This document shows positions 7,790-15,755 of a DNA stretch of 29,424 nt, piece by piece. Under the pieces are notes generated by a model. That model had not been told where the DNA came from. It made no database searches and saw only the letters and a program-made list of their open reading frames with translations. The stretch lies in IMG/VR virus record IMGVR_UViG_3300034118_002091, positions 1 through 29,424 of that record. One strand, given 5' to 3'. The stretch comes from a virus. Lineage: Duplodnaviria > Caudoviricetes. Positions within the stretch are counted from its first letter, which is position 1. Every line of letters begins with the position of its first letter. Position numbers and translations under genes: made by a program.

Positions 7790-8582
7790 CGCGCAGCAGT
7801 CGATCTTCGGCTTCGAGGTGGAACAGGTGGAACGGGCTGGAACGGGTGCGCCCGCGTCTACCCGTTCCACCTCTAAGCGTCCGAAGAGACTGACGAAAAC
7901 CACCGTCGTTCCGTCGATGGAACAGGTGGAACGGCCAGCGGAGACATTCCTACACGCGCGCGTGAGCGAGGGTGATGGGGTCGTGTGCGCGCCCGCGCGC
8001 ATTAGTGATGCAGTGGATACCCGTTCCAGCTGTTCCACCTGTTCCACCGATGCGAAAACCCTTGTGGGACAAGGGAATGAGGTGGAACGGGTGGAAGCGA
8101 CGGAACCCGTTCCACCCCGTTCCACCGAGGAAAACAGCGAGATTCTCTCGCTCGAGGTGCGCTACCTCGCCGACCTGCCCGTCCCGTGCACGCTCACGCT
8201 CGACGTGCGCGGCGTGGGCGAGGTGCTGGTCTCGACGTCGCGCACGCGCGTCGAGCTCGAGCGCAGGGCTGGGCGCCCCGTGTGGGCGCCCCTGGGCTTC
8301 GAGTTGGCCGCCTATGCCGTGCAGGAGGACCGAGCACGACCCGAGGACTGGCGAGGCTGGTGCGCGCGCCTGCGGGCGCGTGGGTGGCGTCTCGACGAGC
8401 GGGAGGCGTTCGGTGGGGCGGCGGGCGTGGAGGACGCGTGGAGGGCCGCCCGGCGCACGGGCGCGCCCCAGGAGCCACGCATCGCGCTGGGGCGCCTCCT
8501 GCGCCTCGTGGGGGGGCGCCTGGTGTCCTGCGAGGTCGAGGGCGCACCGAGCGCCCAGGAGAGCGCGGAGGTGGCGTGGTGA
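7782..8582 (+). CDS. Hypothetical protein; 5' part overlies the iteron array, start uncertain
   Basis: Open frame overlapping the helicase stop; the portion after about 8150 reads as a natural protein (LADLPVPCTLTLDVRGVGEVLVSTSR...). Confidence 0.55.
   Translation: MGSAQQSIFGFEVEQVERAGTGAPASTRSTSKRPKRLTKTTVVPSMEQVERPAETFLHARVSEGDGVVCAPARISDAVDTRSSCSTCSTDAKTLVGQGNEVERVEATEPVPPRSTEENSEILSLEVRYLADLPVPCTLTLDVRGVGEVLVSTSRTRVELERRAGRPVWAPLGFELAAYAVQEDRARPEDWRGWCARLRARGWRLDEREAFGGAAGVEDAWRAARRTGAPQEPRIALGRLLRLVGGRLVSCEVEGAPSAQESAEVAW
7816..8127. repeat. Bidirectional iteron array (core GGTGGAAC), probable replication origin
   Basis: Nine perfect GGTGGAAC/GTTCCACC octamers plus several variants in alternating-orientation clusters, immediately after the primase-helicase. 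Confidence 0.8.
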
Positions 8583-8603
8583 TGGCGATGCTACACCTCG
8601 CGC

Positions 8604-8897
8604 ATGCAGACGACGCGATGGGCGGTGTTGGCGTGTCTCGTGCTCGCGGGATGCGGGCAGACAAGCGCGCCCGCAGACGTGGCTGGCTGGGGCAGCGATG
8701 CGCCGGGGTGGTGGGTCGCGACGGGCGAACGACCTCGATGCGGAGCGACGCCGACGTGCGAGAGGGGCCGGCCAGGGTGCATGCGCCCCGACGGCACGAC
8801 GAGCGACCGTGTGCGCTGCTACGACGGCCCAGGCGGCCCGCAGGCGCTGTGTCAGCGGATGGGCGACGTCGAGGCCTGTCTCGTGCCCTTCGAGTAG
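8604..8897 (+). CDS. Small Cys-rich lipoprotein
   Basis: MQTTRWAVLACLVLAG-C signal peptide with LAGC lipobox; six further Cys. Confidence 0.8.
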   Translation: MQTTRWAVLACLVLAGCGQTSAPADVAGWGSDAPGWWVATGERPRCGATPTCERGRPGCMRPDGTTSDRVRCYDGPGGPQALCQRMGDVEACLVPFE

Positions 8898-8961
8898 AGA
8901 TTCATGCAGAGGGGGGGTACCTGGGTGCGGCAACCCCCTCGCCACCCAATCCGTTGCACCA

Positions 8962-8975
8962 TGACACCGATGTCA
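8962..8975. promoter_or_regulatory. Palindromic site TGACA-N4-TGTCA upstream of the Zn-finger/HTH gene
   Basis: Perfect inverted repeat 2 bp after TTGCAC (8954-8959); same geometry as TGACG-N4-CGTCA at 10950 and 26303. Confidence 0.55.
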
Positions 8976-8985
8976 GGAGCGTCCC

Positions 8986-9447
8986 GTGCCGTCGCTGAGC
9001 GGCATCCGGTGCGTGTACTGCGGCCGTCCTGGGCGCCTCGCGGTCTGCCGCGGGTGCAGCGTGCGCCGCAGGCCCACCGAGCTCATGACGTGGCTGAAGG
9101 CGCACGGGGTCACGCAGGCCGACCTCGCGCGGCAGGTCGGGTGCTCGTGGAGGACGATCCTCCGCGCGACGCAAGGCCACGCGCTGACGGGCGGGCCGGC
9201 CGTGCGCGTGTCTCGCATCACAGGCATCTCGCTCGAGGTGCTCGTGCTGGGCCAGGTGGAGGAGGTGCAGCGTGTCAGGTCGGAAGATGAGTCGGCTGTG
9301 GCTCGAGCGAGCCGAGGCGCTGCTCGATGCAGCGGCGGAGGAGCTCACGCGCAAGATGGCCGAGATGACGCCGGAGCAGCTCGTCGCGGTCATCTCCGCG
9401 GTGGGCCAGCGCGTGACGACGCACCGGGCGGTCGTCGCGGAGCCTGA
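8986..9447 (+). CDS. Zn-finger + XRE HTH transcriptional regulator (candidate late regulator)
   Basis: CVYC...CRGC followed by WLKAHGVTQADLARQVGCSWRTILRATQG......AVRVSRITGISLEVL; AGGAG upstream; the C-terminal tail overlaps the next gene. Confidence 0.78.
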   Translation: MPSLSGIRCVYCGRPGRLAVCRGCSVRRRPTELMTWLKAHGVTQADLARQVGCSWRTILRATQGHALTGGPAVRVSRITGISLEVLVLGQVEEVQRVRSEDESAVARASRGAARCSGGGAHAQDGRDDAGAARRGHLRGGPARDDAPGGRRGA

Positions 9448-9598
9448 CGGTGAGCCTGACGGGCCTACGGGAGATCGAGGAGATCGCGCGCCAGCAAAAC
9501 GCCGCGCGAAGAGCTCGCGACCGAAGAGCGCGCGCAGCGCGGCCCGAGGCCGTCGCGCGGCGGCTCCCGCCGCTGATGCGGTGGATTCCGAAGGCTAG
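9272..9598 (+). CDS. Helical protein, putative terminase small subunit
   Basis: Strong GGAGGAGG RBS before GTG 9272; helical LERAEALLDAAAEELTRKMAEMTPEQLVAVISAVG; lies just before and overlaps terL; function from position only. Confidence 0.5.
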   Translation: MSGRKMSRLWLERAEALLDAAAEELTRKMAEMTPEQLVAVISAVGQRVTTHRAVVAEPDGEPDGPTGDRGDRAPAKRRAKSSRPKSARSAARGRRAAAPAADAVDSEG

Positions 9599-10952
9599 CC
9601 CACACCTCGCCGCGCCCGTGCACCTTGAGCCGCTCGTGCGCGAGCTCGAGCGCGTGCTCCGCGGCGAGACGATCGAGATCACCGTCTCGGTCCCTCCGCG
9701 CCACGGCAAGACGACCACGATCGTGCACTGGATCGTGTGGCTGCTGGCGCAGCTTCCGGACCTGCAGGTGCTCTACTGCTCGGCCGGCGCCAAGCTCGCG
9801 GTGAAGCAGACGCGAGCCATGCGCGCCCTCGCGCGCCGTATCGGCCTTCCACTCGGCGAGGTGCAAACGGCGAGCGAGTGGACCACGGCGAGCGGTGGGC
9901 GCGTGCGCGCGTGCGGCATCACGGGCCCGCCTGTCGGCGACGGCTACCACGTAATCGTCGTCGACGACCCGCACCGCTCGCGTAAGGACGCGGAGAGCGC
10001 GACGACGCGCGAGGGCGTGGTCACCGCGTACCGCGACGACATCTACACGCGCCAGCTCCCTCGAGGCACCTCGCACGTCATCGTGCACACGCGATGGCAC
10101 GAGGCCGACCTGATCGGCGTGATGACGCGCCCGCGTGGCGACGAGGACGACGGCCCGCAGCCGTTCGCGAAGATCAACCTCCCCGCGCTCGACGCCGAGG
10201 ATCGCGCGCTCGCGCCGTGGCTGTGGTCCGCGGAGCGACTCCGGCGCATCCGAGCGCGCCTCGGTCCGTACGGCTGGGCGTCGCTCTACCAGGGCTCACC
10301 GATGCCGCGCGGCGGCAACCTCTTCGGCCCCGCGACGTGGGCCGACGACGAGCCGATCGAGGCGACGCACGCGGGAGGCGTCGACCTCGCGCGTACAGCG
10401 AAGCGACGCAGCGACCCGCAGGCGTCGATCATCGTCTCGCGCGACGCGGACACGGGCATCATCTACGTGGTCGACATCGAGCACGAGCGCGAGCTCCTCA
10501 CCGACCGCGAGGTCGACGGCGAGATCGAGCCGGGGTTCATCCGGCGCATCCACCGTCAGCAGCGCGCCTACCGCGGCGCGCGCTTCCGCATGTACACGGG
10601 CCGCGACGAGAGCTCCATCCTCGACCTCTTCGCGATGCACCGTGACTACCCGGTGATCGTGGACGCCATCGTCGCGCGCGACGAGAAGTGGGAGCGCGCG
10701 CAGCCCACGGCGGCGCTGTGGAACACGGGCCGGATCCGCGTGCTCCGATCGTGTCGTCACGCCGAGGCGCTCGAGCGACAGGCGCGCGCGTTCACAGGCC
10801 TCGATGGCGGCGAGGACGACCTGATCGACGCGCTCGTCGCAGCCGTCGACGAGGTCGCGGTGGCCGAGACGCACGCGGAGGCGATCACGCCGCCCGCGGT
10901 GAGGGCGCAGACGAGGCCGGTTGCCTCGAGCATGCGCAAGCGGTGGACCTGA
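9450..10952 (+). CDS. terL: Terminase large subunit
   Basis: Walker A VPPRHGKTT, Walker B VIVVDDP, HTRWHEADL, SLYQGSP, nuclease GVDLA and DDLIDA. Confidence 0.96.
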   Translation: MSLTGLREIEEIARQQNAARRARDRRARAARPEAVARRLPPLMRWIPKASPHLAAPVHLEPLVRELERVLRGETIEITVSVPPRHGKTTTIVHWIVWLLAQLPDLQVLYCSAGAKLAVKQTRAMRALARRIGLPLGEVQTASEWTTASGGRVRACGITGPPVGDGYHVIVVDDPHRSRKDAESATTREGVVTAYRDDIYTRQLPRGTSHVIVHTRWHEADLIGVMTRPRGDEDDGPQPFAKINLPALDAEDRALAPWLWSAERLRRIRARLGPYGWASLYQGSPMPRGGNLFGPATWADDEPIEATHAGGVDLARTAKRRSDPQASIIVSRDADTGIIYVVDIEHERELLTDREVDGEIEPGFIRRIHRQQRAYRGARFRMYTGRDESSILDLFAMHRDYPVIVDAIVARDEKWERAQPTAALWNTGRIRVLRSCRHAEALERQARAFTGLDGGEDDLIDALVAAVDEVAVAETHAEAITPPAVRAQTRPVASSMRKRWT

Positions 10953-11001
10953 CGCGCGCGTCACATGGCGCGCGCACGCGTACACAACCTAGCTTCGGCG
11001 C
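10946..11001 (+). promoter_or_regulatory. Putative late promoter for the head operon with activator palindrome
   Basis: GACCTGACG-CGCG-CGTCACAT (19/21 identical to 26299-26319); TAGCTT -10-like hexamer, then CGGCGC and the portal GTG. Confidence 0.65.
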
Positions 11002-12270
11002 GTGGCCTCGGCCTCGCTCAGAGCTCTTCCGGGTGGACGCGCAGAGTCGACGCGCGGACGCAGCGTCACGCCCACGACGCGCGACCGCGGCCCGATGGAG
11101 ACGCGCTACGCGGCGGTGCAGCCCGAGCAGCTCGCGCAGATCCAGCTGGGCCTCGAGCGCGGCGAGCTCCGCGACTGGGCCGACCTCTGCGATCGGATGC
11201 TGCGCCGCGATCCGGACATCCTCGCGACGTACGAGAGTCGACTCTCGGTCATCTCCGGCGCGGAACTGATCGTCGAAGAGGGCGTGCCCACGGGCGACCC
11301 GCAGCGCGACGCGCTCCTCGGCGTCGGCGCGGCCTTCACCGACGCATGGCTCCGCTCGCTCCCCGTCTCGCGCTACGCGCACGAGAGCCTCGACGGCATC
11401 GGCAAGGGGCTCGGCGTGCACGAGGTCATCTGGTCGCCGACCTCGATCGGACTGGTCCCCGTCGGGCTCGAGTGGCTGCACCTCCGGCGCTTCTGCTACG
11501 GGCCCGACTGGCGCCCGCGCATCGTCGACATGGGCTCGGCCTACGACACGCGAGGCTTTGAACTCGAGCCCGATCGCTTCGTGGTCCACGAACCGCGCGC
11601 GCTCCCCGGCTACCCCGCGGGCGGCGTCCTGCGCGCCGTGATGTGGCTCTTCTTGATCAAGAGCTGGGCGCTCCAGTTCTGGATCTCGGGCGCGGAGTCG
11701 TTCGCGTGGCCGCTTCGCATCGCGACCGTTCGTCGCGGCGGAGACGACGCTGCGCGCGCCCGCGCGAAGCAGTTCCTCGAAGACCTCTCGGCCGACCACG
11801 CCGCGGTGCTCGATGAGGGCACCGTGTTCGAGCTCAAGGAAACCACCGTCAAGGATGGCAACGTTTGGGCGAACCTCGTCGCGGAGTGCAACCGCGGGAT
11901 CGCGAAGGCGCTCCTCGGCATGACCGACCTCGCCGAGCCCACGCGCGTGGGCGCGTACGCAGCGGTCGAGACGCGCAAGGGCGCGACGGTCGACGCACGC
12001 GTGCTGAAAGACGAGCGTGCGCTCGCGATGACGTGGGAGCGCGACCTCGTCGAGCCCGCGCTCCGGCTGAACGCCGACCTGTGGGGCGGCATCGTGCCGC
12101 CGACTCCGCGCCTGCGATGGTCGATCGCCGCTTCGCGTTCCGCGCTCGACGCGCTCGCGGTGGACGCGATGACGGTCGACGAGGTGCGCGCGCGCCAGGG
12201 GCTTGCCCCGCGCGGTGGCGTCGAGGGCGCGATGCTGATGCGCGACTTCAAGATCGGCGGTGCGCGATGA
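11002..12270 (+). CDS. Portal protein, DUF935 / Mu gp29-like (alternative start ATG 11095)
   Basis: RDPDI....ESR...+, D.IGKG.GV.EVIW, +F+VH, GVLRAV.WLFLIK......W....E.FA.P+R+, N..IAKA+LG, DE.R...GL; follows terL. Confidence 0.9.
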   Translation: MASASLRALPGGRAESTRGRSVTPTTRDRGPMETRYAAVQPEQLAQIQLGLERGELRDWADLCDRMLRRDPDILATYESRLSVISGAELIVEEGVPTGDPQRDALLGVGAAFTDAWLRSLPVSRYAHESLDGIGKGLGVHEVIWSPTSIGLVPVGLEWLHLRRFCYGPDWRPRIVDMGSAYDTRGFELEPDRFVVHEPRALPGYPAGGVLRAVMWLFLIKSWALQFWISGAESFAWPLRIATVRRGGDDAARARAKQFLEDLSADHAAVLDEGTVFELKETTVKDGNVWANLVAECNRGIAKALLGMTDLAEPTRVGAYAAVETRKGATVDARVLKDERALAMTWERDLVEPALRLNADLWGGIVPPTPRLRWSIAASRSALDALAVDAMTVDEVRARQGLAPRGGVEGAMLMRDFKIGGAR

Positions 12271-13346
12271 CGACGCCGACGATCGCGGAGCTCGACGCGC
12301 TGGTCGCGGACGTGCCGCCGAAGACCAAGATCATGCCCGACGGCGTGAGGCGCTGGATCCCGGCCGCGGTGCCGCATGGCGCGGGCGTCGAGCAGGTCGA
12401 CGCGCAGTTCCTCGCGGACGCCGCCCTCCGGCTGAACACCGACACCGTGTCGATCCCCATCGACGGCGGTTCGTTCTTCAGCGTCGCCCACGAAACGGCG
12501 CCGTTCGATGCGATCGGCTGGGCGCATCGCGCCGCGGTCTTCGAGGAGAAGCTCTACCTCGAGGCCGAGGTGCTCCCGATGGTCAACGACGCGATCGAGG
12601 CCGGCCGCGTCGCGTTCTCGTCGATCGACGCCGACTTCAAGACCGACGAGTCCGGCGCGTACGTGCCCGGTTCGGCGCTCCTCGTGACGCACGCGCTCAC
12701 GAACACGCCGCGCGACCGCAAGCAGGAGCCGATGCAGGCGATCCACGCCGCGCACAAGGGCGCGCGCGTCCGCTTCACGACGCGAGCACGTCTCGCGCAG
12801 GAGAACGACATGAGCAAGAAGAGCGAGACGAAGGCCGAGGCCAGCGCGCAGGCCGAGGAGACCAAGACGCAGGCCGCCGACGCGCCCGCGATGACGCTCG
12901 AGGAGGCGATGGCCAAGATCGCCGAGCTCGAGAGCAAGCTCGCGGCGATGGAGGCCACCTCGGCGGAGATGGCCGCGCAGCTCTCGGCGACCGTCGAGAA
13001 GAGCGAGGCCGAGCAGGTCAAGGCGCAGGCCGAGCGCAAGGAGAGCGCATGCGTCGCGCTCGTCGACGAGGCGATCCGCTGCGGCCAGGTCGCGCCCGCG
13101 TCGCGCGAGAAGTTCCTCGCGCTGGCGCGCCGCGACATCGAGACGACGCGCGCGAGCATCGAGCAGATCCCGAAGCGCGCGCGCCCGATCACGACCGCGG
13201 CCGAGGCGAGCCGCTCGGAGACGAGCACGAAGAAGGCCTCCGACTGGTCGGAGGCCGAGCAGCACCTCGCGGCAAGCCTCCGCGCCGGTGGCCTGAGCGA
13301 GAAGAGCATCGAGGCAGCGATCGCGCGCAAGCGCGGGGAGCGGTGA
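12267..13346 (+). CDS. Mu I-like prohead protease / scaffold
   Basis: ATGA overlap with portal; IPID, AIGW, FSS, LLVTHALTNTP, then a coiled-coil region and LVDEAI..G.+APA. Confidence 0.85.
   Translation: MTTPTIAELDALVADVPPKTKIMPDGVRRWIPAAVPHGAGVEQVDAQFLADAALRLNTDTVSIPIDGGSFFSVAHETAPFDAIGWAHRAAVFEEKLYLEAEVLPMVNDAIEAGRVAFSSIDADFKTDESGAYVPGSALLVTHALTNTPRDRKQEPMQAIHAAHKGARVRFTTRARLAQENDMSKKSETKAEASAQAEETKTQAADAPAMTLEEAMAKIAELESKLAAMEATSAEMAAQLSATVEKSEAEQVKAQAERKESACVALVDEAIRCGQVAPASREKFLALARRDIETTRASIEQIPKRARPITTAAEASRSETSTKKASDWSEAEQHLAASLRAGGLSEKSIEAAIARKRGER
12810..13346 (+). CDS. Nested in-frame scaffolding protein (Mu Z-like)
   Basis: AGGAG at 12799-12803 before in-frame ATG 12810, at the protease/coiled-coil boundary. 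Confidence 0.65.
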   Translation: MSKKSETKAEASAQAEETKTQAADAPAMTLEEAMAKIAELESKLAAMEATSAEMAAQLSATVEKSEAEQVKAQAERKESACVALVDEAIRCGQVAPASREKFLALARRDIETTRASIEQIPKRARPITTAAEASRSETSTKKASDWSEAEQHLAASLRAGGLSEKSIEAAIARKRGER

Positions 13347-13350
13347 AGAC

Positions 13351-13782
13351 ATGGCGGCCCTGGCAGCAGACAAGAAGCGGATCGTCCGCAACATCAACGG
13401 CATGAAGGAGGCGGAGGTCCTCCTCGCCGACTCCCAGACCGTCTACGAGGGCGCGATCATCATGCGCAACTCGTCGGGCGATCCCGTCGTCGGCGCGGAC
13501 ACAGCGTCGTGCGTCGGGATGGGCGTCGCGAGCGAAGCGGTCACGAGCGGCAGCTCGAACACGACGAGGTTCGTCAAGCTCCAGTACGGGCACGAGGAGT
13601 GGTTCGCAACGGCGGGAACGTTCACGAAGGCCTCGATCGGCGCGAACGTCACGATCTCGGACGATCAGACCGTCGCGCTCGCCGCGACGACGACCAACGA
13701 CGTTCTCTTCGGGATGCTCGTGCAGCTCGAGACCATCAACGGCACCCCTGGCGCGTGGATCCGCGTCGCCGAGTTCGCGTGA
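13351..13782 (+). CDS. Head decoration / capsid cement protein
   Basis: 143-aa beta-rich protein (MAALAADK...VYEGAI+...G+A.E...IG..V.+SDDQTV) between protease and capsid. Confidence 0.75.
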   Translation: MAALAADKKRIVRNINGMKEAEVLLADSQTVYEGAIIMRNSSGDPVVGADTASCVGMGVASEAVTSGSSNTTRFVKLQYGHEEWFATAGTFTKASIGANVTISDDQTVALAATTTNDVLFGMLVQLETINGTPGAWIRVAEFA

Positions 13783-13812
13783 TCGTCTGATCGCGCCTGA
13801 AAGGACCTGACC

Positions 13813-14778
13813 ATGTCAGTCACGGATCGCAGCATCATCGACAACGCTTCGACGACCTTCCGCGAGATCGCGGTAGAGATCTTCGGAGGAAACACCCCGC
13901 CGGGCGCGTGGCAGGCGTTCGCAACCATGCTCCCGACGGACTCCAAGGTCGTCGAACACGACGTGCTCGAGGCGATGCCCGTCGCACGCAAGTGGGTCGG
14001 CGCGAAGCAGTACAAGGACGTCCGCGCCGCGAGCACCACGCTCACGATCGCGCCGTACGAGGCGAGCTTCAAGATCAAGCGCCTCGACCTCCTCGCGGAC
14101 CGCACCGGCATCACCGGCCGACGTATGCGCGAGTGGCTCTCGGACACGGCGTACCTCTACGACGACCAGTGCCACCAGGTGCTCTTCGCGAACCCGACCG
14201 GCTACGACGGCGTGGCGCTCTTCAACGCGTCGCACCCGCGTGGCCCCGCAGGCGGCACGCAGTCGAACACCACGACAAGCGCGCTCTCGCACACCACGTT
14301 CGAGACCGCGATGCAGACGGGCGCGTCGCTGCGCGACGAGGAGGGGCGCCCCCTCATGATCTCTTACGACACGCTGATCGTCGGCCCGAAGCTCGCCGCG
14401 CTCGCGCGCGAGATCACCGGTTCCAACGAGCGCGTGATCGCGGTCGCGAACGACGGCCTCGAGGCCGGCACGCGCGTGGCGGCGGCGACGGGCCCCAACG
14501 CTCGAGGCCGTCAGGTCTTCTCGGGAGGCTCCGTGGACGTCATCGTCGACCCGCGCATGCCGCTCGGCGGCACGTACGACGACTACTGGTACCTCCTCGA
14601 CACGACGCGCGGTCCGAAGCCGATCGCCGGCTACGAGTTCCGTTCGCCCGAGGCGATCACGGCCGACCAGATGACCAGCGAGGGACGCTTCGAGAACGAC
14701 GAGTTCCGCTACTCGATCGAGTTCGACATCGTCTTCGGCGCCGGTGTGTGGCAGGTCGCCTACGCGGGGATTCTGTGA
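13813..14778 (+). CDS. Major capsid protein, Mu gpT-like
   Basis: AAGGA RBS; MP..RKWVG, YEAS..+KR.D+..D..G, GYDGVALFNASHP, L+D.EGRPL.I....L+VGP.L, WYLLDT....KP. Confidence 0.93.
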   Translation: MSVTDRSIIDNASTTFREIAVEIFGGNTPPGAWQAFATMLPTDSKVVEHDVLEAMPVARKWVGAKQYKDVRAASTTLTIAPYEASFKIKRLDLLADRTGITGRRMREWLSDTAYLYDDQCHQVLFANPTGYDGVALFNASHPRGPAGGTQSNTTTSALSHTTFETAMQTGASLRDEEGRPLMISYDTLIVGPKLAALAREITGSNERVIAVANDGLEAGTRVAAATGPNARGRQVFSGGSVDVIVDPRMPLGGTYDDYWYLLDTTRGPKPIAGYEFRSPEAITADQMTSEGRFENDEFRYSIEFDIVFGAGVWQVAYAGIL

Positions 14779-15182
14779 TGCAGGGGCCCCTCGAGACCAT
14801 CGCGCGCGCGCTTCGGCAGAGCCCGCAGGCGTCGGAGCCCAAGATCCGCATGCGGATCGAGAGCACAACGCACAACTACAACCTCGGCGGTGTCGTCGTG
14901 CTCTTCGGCGTCGGGGAGTACGACGTGCCCGCGTCCGAGGCGGCGAGCATCGACGAGCTCGTCGAGGACGCGGCGCTCGTGGCCGAGGCCAAGAAGCGGC
15001 TCGCCCGCTTCGAGCAGGCACTCGCCCGCAAGGAGCGTGGAGAGGCCGTCTCGGACACGGCGCTACCGCGCTACCCGCTCTCGCTCTCGGCGGTGTTCAC
15101 CGAGCTGCACAGCCGCGGCATGCGGCCGTTCGTGTCGGCGTCGCGCGTCGACACGCAGACCAGCAAGCCCGGCAAGGGCTGA
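14778..15182 (+). CDS. Hypothetical head-associated protein
   Basis: TGATG coupling to capsid; 134 aa with normal codon usage. Confidence 0.7.
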   Translation: MQGPLETIARALRQSPQASEPKIRMRIESTTHNYNLGGVVVLFGVGEYDVPASEAASIDELVEDAALVAEAKKRLARFEQALARKERGEAVSDTALPRYPLSLSAVFTELHSRGMRPFVSASRVDTQTSKPGKG

Positions 15183-15183
15183 C

Positions 15184-15211
15184 ACGGCGGGCCCTTCGGG
15201 GCCCCGCTGTT
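15184..15211 (+). terminator. C(UUCG)G-capped hairpin after the head genes, weak terminator or processing stem
   Basis: GCGGGCCC-TTCG-GGGCCCCGC followed by only TGTT. Confidence 0.55.
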
Positions 15212-15283
15212 GCGACGTAGAGGAGCAGCGTCCTCGCCGCGCTCATGCCGCGGAGATCGCAGGTGCGAGTCCTGCCGTCGCGA
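15211..15283 (+). tRNA. Atypical tRNA-Met(CAT), initiator-like cloverleaf (possible pseudo-tRNA or tRNA-like element)
   Basis: Acceptor TGCGACG/CGTCGCG+A, D stem GAGG/CCTC, anticodon stem CCGCG/CGCGG with loop CT-CAT-GC, variable AGATC, T stem GCAGG/CCTGC; 73 nt; non-canonical loops; no CCA. Confidence 0.75.
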
Positions 15284-15284
15284 T

Positions 15285-15755
15285 GTGGCGTACATCACTC
15301 AGACGATCGTCGAGGCCGACCTCGGCGCGGACGTGATCGCAAGGCTCACGCGCGGCTCGAGCGCGAAGCTCGCGCGGTTCATCGCCGCGGCCGAGGCGCG
15401 CGTCGCGTCGGCGCTGCAGATCGGCGGCTACACGGCCGCGGTGCCGTCGACCGTCTACGCGTCGAACGCGAGCGACTGCCCCTCGGAGATCACCGAGCTC
15501 GCGTGTCGCGTCTTCAAGCGCATCGCGTACGAGCGCGGCGCCGACCTCTCCATCCCCGAAGACCAGATCAAGGCGCTCGACGAAGAGCTCGCCGAGCTGC
15601 GCGACGGACGCACCGAGATCAAGGGCCTCGCGCGCTCGGTGAGCCGCGCGCCGGGCGGCATCACGGCGACCGACGGCGACCCCGCGAGCGCCTCGACGAG
15701 TGACCCGCGGTGGCGCCCGCAGGTCTTCGCGCGCTCGCGCATGACGGGGTTCTGA
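15285..15755 (+). CDS. Head-tail adaptor, Mu gp36 / DUF1320-like
   Basis: MAYIT...+...LG...+..LT, I..A.A.V, P..+..LAC.+, L.ELRDG, C-terminal VF.R..M.GF. Confidence 0.82.
   Translation: MAYITQTIVEADLGADVIARLTRGSSAKLARFIAAAEARVASALQIGGYTAAVPSTVYASNASDCPSEITELACRVFKRIAYERGADLSIPEDQIKALDEELAELRDGRTEIKGLARSVSRAPGGITATDGDPASASTSDPRWRPQVFARSRMTGF

Noticed and set aside
7816-8127. Repeat cluster as a CRISPR array or coding tandem repeat
   Set aside because: Units are 8-10 bp, occur in both orientations with irregular spacing, have no unique spacers of constant length, and no cas genes are present
8909-8940. G-run/C-run element as a cos or pac site
   Set aside because: The position near the terminase is suggestive, but nothing in the sequence distinguishes it from a simple hairpin; it needs read-terminus data
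13804-13818. GACCTGACCATGTCA before the capsid gene as another late-promoter palindrome
   Set aside because: Half-site spacing is 3 bp shorter than at the other sites, and the sequence is explained by the RBS and start codon
15211-15283. tRNA-like sequence as an attachment site or prophage boundary
   Set aside because: Contiguous structural genes lie on both sides, with no integrase or duplicated 3' tRNA fragment in the window
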